Assembly (NCBI GenBank): GCA_023957245.1
Contig: JAMLHJ010000001.1
Coordinates: 145,273 to 209,272 of the forward strand
Direction of reading: 5' to 3'
Origin: Chitinophagales bacterium
GTDB taxonomy: Bacteria; Bacteroidota; Bacteroidia; Chitinophagales; JADIYW01
DNA length: 64,000 bases
Shown here: positions 60,551 to 64,000 of the stretch, in pieces
Layout of the letters: the number at the start of each line of letters is the position of its first letter
How positions within the stretch are numbered: position 1 is the first letter of the stretch
Program-made: the position numbers and the translations under genes
Notes under the pieces: model-generated
Database searches by the model: none
Seen by the model: the letters and a program-made list of their open reading frames with translations, nothing else
What the model was told of the DNA's origin: nothing

Positions 60551-60728
60551 TATCTAGTTTTGACGATTACAAATATAAGAACTTCAAGTCTAAGAAGAAC
60601 GATAATCAATATAATGGATAAAATAGGTAAATAAAATCAGCCTTTAATTACTTATTTGGCACAGTTTATGGTTAAAGAATGACATAGAATTTTTATCTTC
60701 ACCTCATCAACTAATAATTCAAACAAAT

Positions 60729-61544
60729 ATGAAAAAACTATTCCTAGGACTTGTTCTTACCGCTGGAGTTTCAGGAGCTTTACAAGCTCAAAATGTGAAT
60801 GAAGTCACCAAGAAAATTTTAGATGCTTGTGCTGATGCTAAAAGTATCACCTATGATTTTTTTGCTTATGAAAGATTTGCAGGAACAAAAAAAATCAACT
60901 CTGAGGTTGTATTCAAATACCAAGCTTCTCCTTTGAAAATATTTGCAGATGCAAAAAAACCTACTGCAGCAAAATTGTTATACATTCCTGCAGAAACACC
61001 AAAAGTTCAAGTAAAAAAAGGTTTGACTTTAAAACTAGACCTTCATAGCGGCATGTTAATGAAAGACCAACATCACCCTTTGAATCAAGCGGGTTTTGGA
61101 ACTTTTAAAAGAATTATTGAGCAAAGTATCAGAAACAAAGGCCTTAATGTAAATTCTCCTGAAATTGCAGATTTTGTAAGAATAAAAGGGACTGTTACTT
61201 ATGATGGAAAATCTTGTTGGGCAGTAGAAATTCTTGATGATGACTACAAAATCATCAAACATACAGTAAAATCAGATGAAACTTCAATTTGGAAATTGGG
61301 TTACAAACTATCTTTACCTGAATATAAAATCCAACAATTGAATGGTATCAAAGAAGAATTGACTGTAGGTCAAGTGATTAAAGTACCTTCTTCTTATGCT
61401 AAGAAAACAACTGTTTATATAGATAAAGCTACTTACTTGCCTATCTACCAAAAAATGGAAGATGACGAAGGTATCTATGAAGTATATGAGTTCAAAAATC
61501 TAAAAACAAACGTGAAGTTTGATGCAGATGATTTTACGTTCTAA
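60729..61544 (+). CDS. Exported LolA-like/DUF1571-type protein with LysM-like insertion
   Basis: Signal peptide MKKLFLG...ALQA, HTVKSDET...LNG......VGQVIKVP, and YIDK..YLP....D..G.YE.Y.F.N..N. Confidence 0.65.
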   Translation: MKKLFLGLVLTAGVSGALQAQNVNEVTKKILDACADAKSITYDFFAYERFAGTKKINSEVVFKYQASPLKIFADAKKPTAAKLLYIPAETPKVQVKKGLTLKLDLHSGMLMKDQHHPLNQAGFGTFKRIIEQSIRNKGLNVNSPEIADFVRIKGTVTYDGKSCWAVEILDDDYKIIKHTVKSDETSIWKLGYKLSLPEYKIQQLNGIKEELTVGQVIKVPSSYAKKTTVYIDKATYLPIYQKMEDDEGIYEVYEFKNLKTNVKFDADDFTF

Positions 61545-61566
61545 AAACTCTTCTAATAATTATATG

Positions 61567-61599
61567 GAGGCATGCTGTTAGCGTGCCTCTTTTGTTTTT
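61567..61599 (+). terminator. Intrinsic (Rho-independent) terminator
   Basis: GAGGCATGC-tgtta-GCGTGCCTC hairpin followed by TTTTGTTTTT, 22 bp after the stop of 60729-61544. Confidence 0.8.
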
Positions 61600-61702
61600 A
61601 AGATATGACAAATCTCTCGAACCATTCATTAAATATTTACTGACCAAAAACACTTCCAATAATAATTTTAACCTTAATATTGGTTACTATTTCTATTTTC
61701 AA

Positions 61703-62287
61703 ATGCAACAACAATACTTTCTAATTTACAAACCTTTTGGAATGCTTTCACAGTTTTCTGGTGAAGAAATGAATTTATCACATCTGAACTATTCATTTCC
61801 CAAAGATGTTTATCCAGTAGGTCGTTTAGATAAAGATAGTGAGGGCCTGTTGATCTTGACCAATGACAATTTATTGCAACATCGCATGACAGATCCCAAA
61901 TATCAGCACGAAAGGACTTATTTTGTTCAAGTTGAAGGAATACCCGACAATAAAGTAATTCAACAATTACAAAATGGAGTGACTATCACATTGCCTAATA
62001 AAAAGAAATATCAAACTTTACCTGCAAAAGCTACTCTCATTGAAATACCCCAACTTCCTCCTCGAAATCCTCCAATAAGAGAACGGAAAAGCATTCCTGA
62101 CTCATGGTTAAGCATCACACTTATTGAAGGTAAAAATAGACAAATACGAAAAATGACAGCTCAGATAGGATATCCGACTTTAAGATTAATAAGAGTACAA
62201 ATTGAAAACTTAATTATCAAAGACTTAAATCCTGGAGAAGTCATAGAATTCACAAAAAATGACATTTATTCAAAACTAAAACTTTGA
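61703..62287 (+). CDS. rluE: 23S rRNA pseudouridine synthase (RsuA/RluE family)
   Basis: YKPFGMLSQF, VGRLDKDSEGLLILTND, Y.VQVEG, RNPPIRERK, EGKNRQIRKMTA..G.PTLRLIR. Start moved to ATG 61703. Confidence 0.85.
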   Translation: MQQQYFLIYKPFGMLSQFSGEEMNLSHLNYSFPKDVYPVGRLDKDSEGLLILTNDNLLQHRMTDPKYQHERTYFVQVEGIPDNKVIQQLQNGVTITLPNKKKYQTLPAKATLIEIPQLPPRNPPIRERKSIPDSWLSITLIEGKNRQIRKMTAQIGYPTLRLIRVQIENLIIKDLNPGEVIEFTKNDIYSKLKL

Positions 62288-62349
62288 TTTGGTTTAATAT
62301 TTGATTTGTAAAAAAGGTAAATTTTAAACAAAACTTGCATTTAGACATC

Positions 62350-63801
62350 ATGAAACAATCTCTTTTCATACTATTTACACTTGCCTTTTCATTGGGCAAT
62401 TACGCACAAGGGAGAAACTTTGACATTCAAATCAAAGTCAAAGGAATGGAAAACCAAATGGGAATTCTCGCATATAATCATGGCGCACAAAAATTTATTG
62501 CTGACACCCTATACTTCAATAATAAAGGTATCGTTGAAATCAAAGGCGATAAAAACTATAGCGACGGCATATATTTGATTGCTTTTCCAAGCATGAATCT
62601 CAATTCATTTGAATTTATTATCAGGGAAACAACTTTTCAATTGGCTACTGATACCAATAATTTAGCACTAAATATGGTGGTCAAAAATTCTTTAGAAAAT
62701 CAAATTATGTACAATGATTTGAAAGAAGCAGTAAAGACTACTCGTATAATGGATAGTACAAGTGCCATATTAGCTGATTCGAATACGACAATAGCTACTC
62801 GAAAAAAAATTGAAGAAGAAAGAAAAAAAATAAATCAAGAATATACAGATAGGCGGATTGAAGTGATTAATCAAAACCCTAAAGCACTTTATAACAAAGT
62901 ACTGAGTGTCATGAGAGATGTGCCCATTCCTGAATTTCCAGAAGACAAAGAAAATCCAAGTAATAATGTGAGATACAATTATCTAATTCACCATTATTGG
63001 GACAATATAGACTTCAATGATGAAGCACTTATAAAATCTCCCGTTGTCATTCCAAGAGTGCTGAGCTTTTTGGATCAGATATACCAACATCCAGATTCTA
63101 TTTCAAATGCTATAGATATCATATTGGAGAAAGCATCTGTTAATCAAGAGACTTTCAAAATTTTATTAAATGAAATCATTGGCAAGTATGCAAAGAGTAA
63201 TATTATGGGCCAAGAATCCATATATGTACATCTTTTGGATAAATATTTTCTTATCGGGAAAACACCTTGGGTTGACCAAACAACAATAGACAAAATGCGT
63301 GAAAGAGCAGATGCTCTCAGACCTACTCTTATTGGCAAGACGGCTCCCGATATTACAGTTTACGATTTGAATAATAGGATAGTCAATTTTTCTCAATCCA
63401 TTAAAAATAACAATTACACGATTTTGATTTTTTGGAATTCAGAATGTAGCCATTGCAAAAAAGAAATTCCTGAAATCATGGAAATATGGAAAGATAGTCT
63501 TCAAAAACAATACAATGTGGGTGTATTCAGTGTATCCACAGAGATTGAGAGAGAACATGCTCAAAAGTTTGTCGATGACAATCATCTCAATAATGAATGG
63601 ACTAATGTTTACGACCCAACTGGTGAATCAAATTTCAGAAAGTTATATGATATCAACGCCACACCAGTCGTTATCATCTTGGATAAAGAGAGAAAGATAT
63701 TTGCGAAGAAAATAGCAGTACAAGACATTCCTTATGTCATTTCCGTCTATGATGAATACCATAAAACTCATCCTAAATCAAAAAATAGCTCATCAAAATA
63801 G
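62350..63801 (+). CDS. Exported TlpA/redoxin-family protein (DUF4369/DUF5106-like N-terminus)
   Basis: Signal peptide, HYWDNIDF, GKTAPD, FWNSECSHCKKE (CxxC), YDI.ATP...ILD. Confidence 0.8.
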   Translation: MKQSLFILFTLAFSLGNYAQGRNFDIQIKVKGMENQMGILAYNHGAQKFIADTLYFNNKGIVEIKGDKNYSDGIYLIAFPSMNLNSFEFIIRETTFQLATDTNNLALNMVVKNSLENQIMYNDLKEAVKTTRIMDSTSAILADSNTTIATRKKIEEERKKINQEYTDRRIEVINQNPKALYNKVLSVMRDVPIPEFPEDKENPSNNVRYNYLIHHYWDNIDFNDEALIKSPVVIPRVLSFLDQIYQHPDSISNAIDIILEKASVNQETFKILLNEIIGKYAKSNIMGQESIYVHLLDKYFLIGKTPWVDQTTIDKMRERADALRPTLIGKTAPDITVYDLNNRIVNFSQSIKNNNYTILIFWNSECSHCKKEIPEIMEIWKDSLQKQYNVGVFSVSTEIEREHAQKFVDDNHLNNEWTNVYDPTGESNFRKLYDINATPVVIILDKERKIFAKKIAVQDIPYVISVYDEYHKTHPKSKNSSSK

Positions 63802-64000
63802 CTCCACAAACTTGGGAGCTTAAATTATCCCATCCATGAGGAGAAAGTCCTTCTACAATAGCTGCTACAATGGCAGCTATTATTATTTTCAACATATCTG
63901 TAGGATAGCCATAAACTATCAATGATAGATAAAAAGCCAATGCACTTACAATAAATACAGCAAAAGACCCCTCTAAACTTCTATAGCTCTTCACTTCACT
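63773..64000 (-). CDS. Partial (5' end beyond window) phytol/dolichol kinase or CTP-transferase-like membrane protein
   Basis: RSLEGS.A and A..E......DNL motifs with hydrophobic helices. Frame is open to the window edge. Confidence 0.6.
   Translation of the reverse strand, partial: SEVKSYRSLEGSFAVFIVSALAFYLSLIVYGYPTDMLKIIIAAIVAAIVEGLSPHGWDNLSSQVCGAILMSYFLI

Noticed and set aside
61583-61702. 40-aa N-terminal extension of the pseudouridine synthase in the ORF track
   Set aside because: It begins at a GTG inside the upstream terminator hairpin. Family homology starts at ATG 61703.
1579-63715. Numerous 60-86 aa ORFs in the track nested in or antisense to long genes (e.g. 4911, 7631, 8181, 10995, 20772, 22647, 31374, 37150, 38826, 42694, 44379, 50336, 57582, 61056, 63144)
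   Set aside because: All overlap motif-supported CDSs and show no independent motif.

Overview
AT-rich bacterial DNA, most likely Bacteroidota (inferred from a decayed T9SS C-terminal YPNP-domain gene, a DUF5106/TlpA-type redoxin and REP-like repeat types). No rRNA, tRNA, CRISPR array, integrase or transposase was recognised. (1) 111-46138 is a 37-gene, tightly packed, strand-alternating cell-surface glycan/lipid tailoring island that may continue left of the window. It encodes 5 radical SAM enzymes (2 twitch-first, 2 B12-dependent, 1 SPASM-like), 4 AspH/LpxO-family and 1 JmjC Fe/2OG oxygenases, an FMO, 2 desaturases (one cytochrome b5-fused front-end type), 2 carbamoyltransferases, 3 amidotransferases, 2 DegT aminotransferases, a CDP-glucose dehydratase plus C-methyltransferase, 4 short DPM1/ArnC-like GT2s and 5 GT-C-like polytopic membrane proteins. 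No Wzx, Wzy, Wzz, ABC exporter or initiating transferase was recognised. (2) 46282-49208 holds thiE, a thiE-like paralog and an FMN glutamate-synthase-family gene. (3) 49.3-56.9 kb is REP-rich: two ~159-bp direct repeats bracket a 1263-aa 17-residue-repeat fibre protein with a Peptidase S74 chaperone and a decayed 5' end, plus a T9SS cargo pseudogene. (4) 56.9-64 kb holds a SET-domain protein, a stand-alone KS-AT-ACP type I PKS, a LolA-like/LysM protein, a pseudouridine synthase, a TlpA-like redoxin and a partial phytol/dolichol-kinase-like gene. All family assignments come from motif recognition by eye; no database searches were run.
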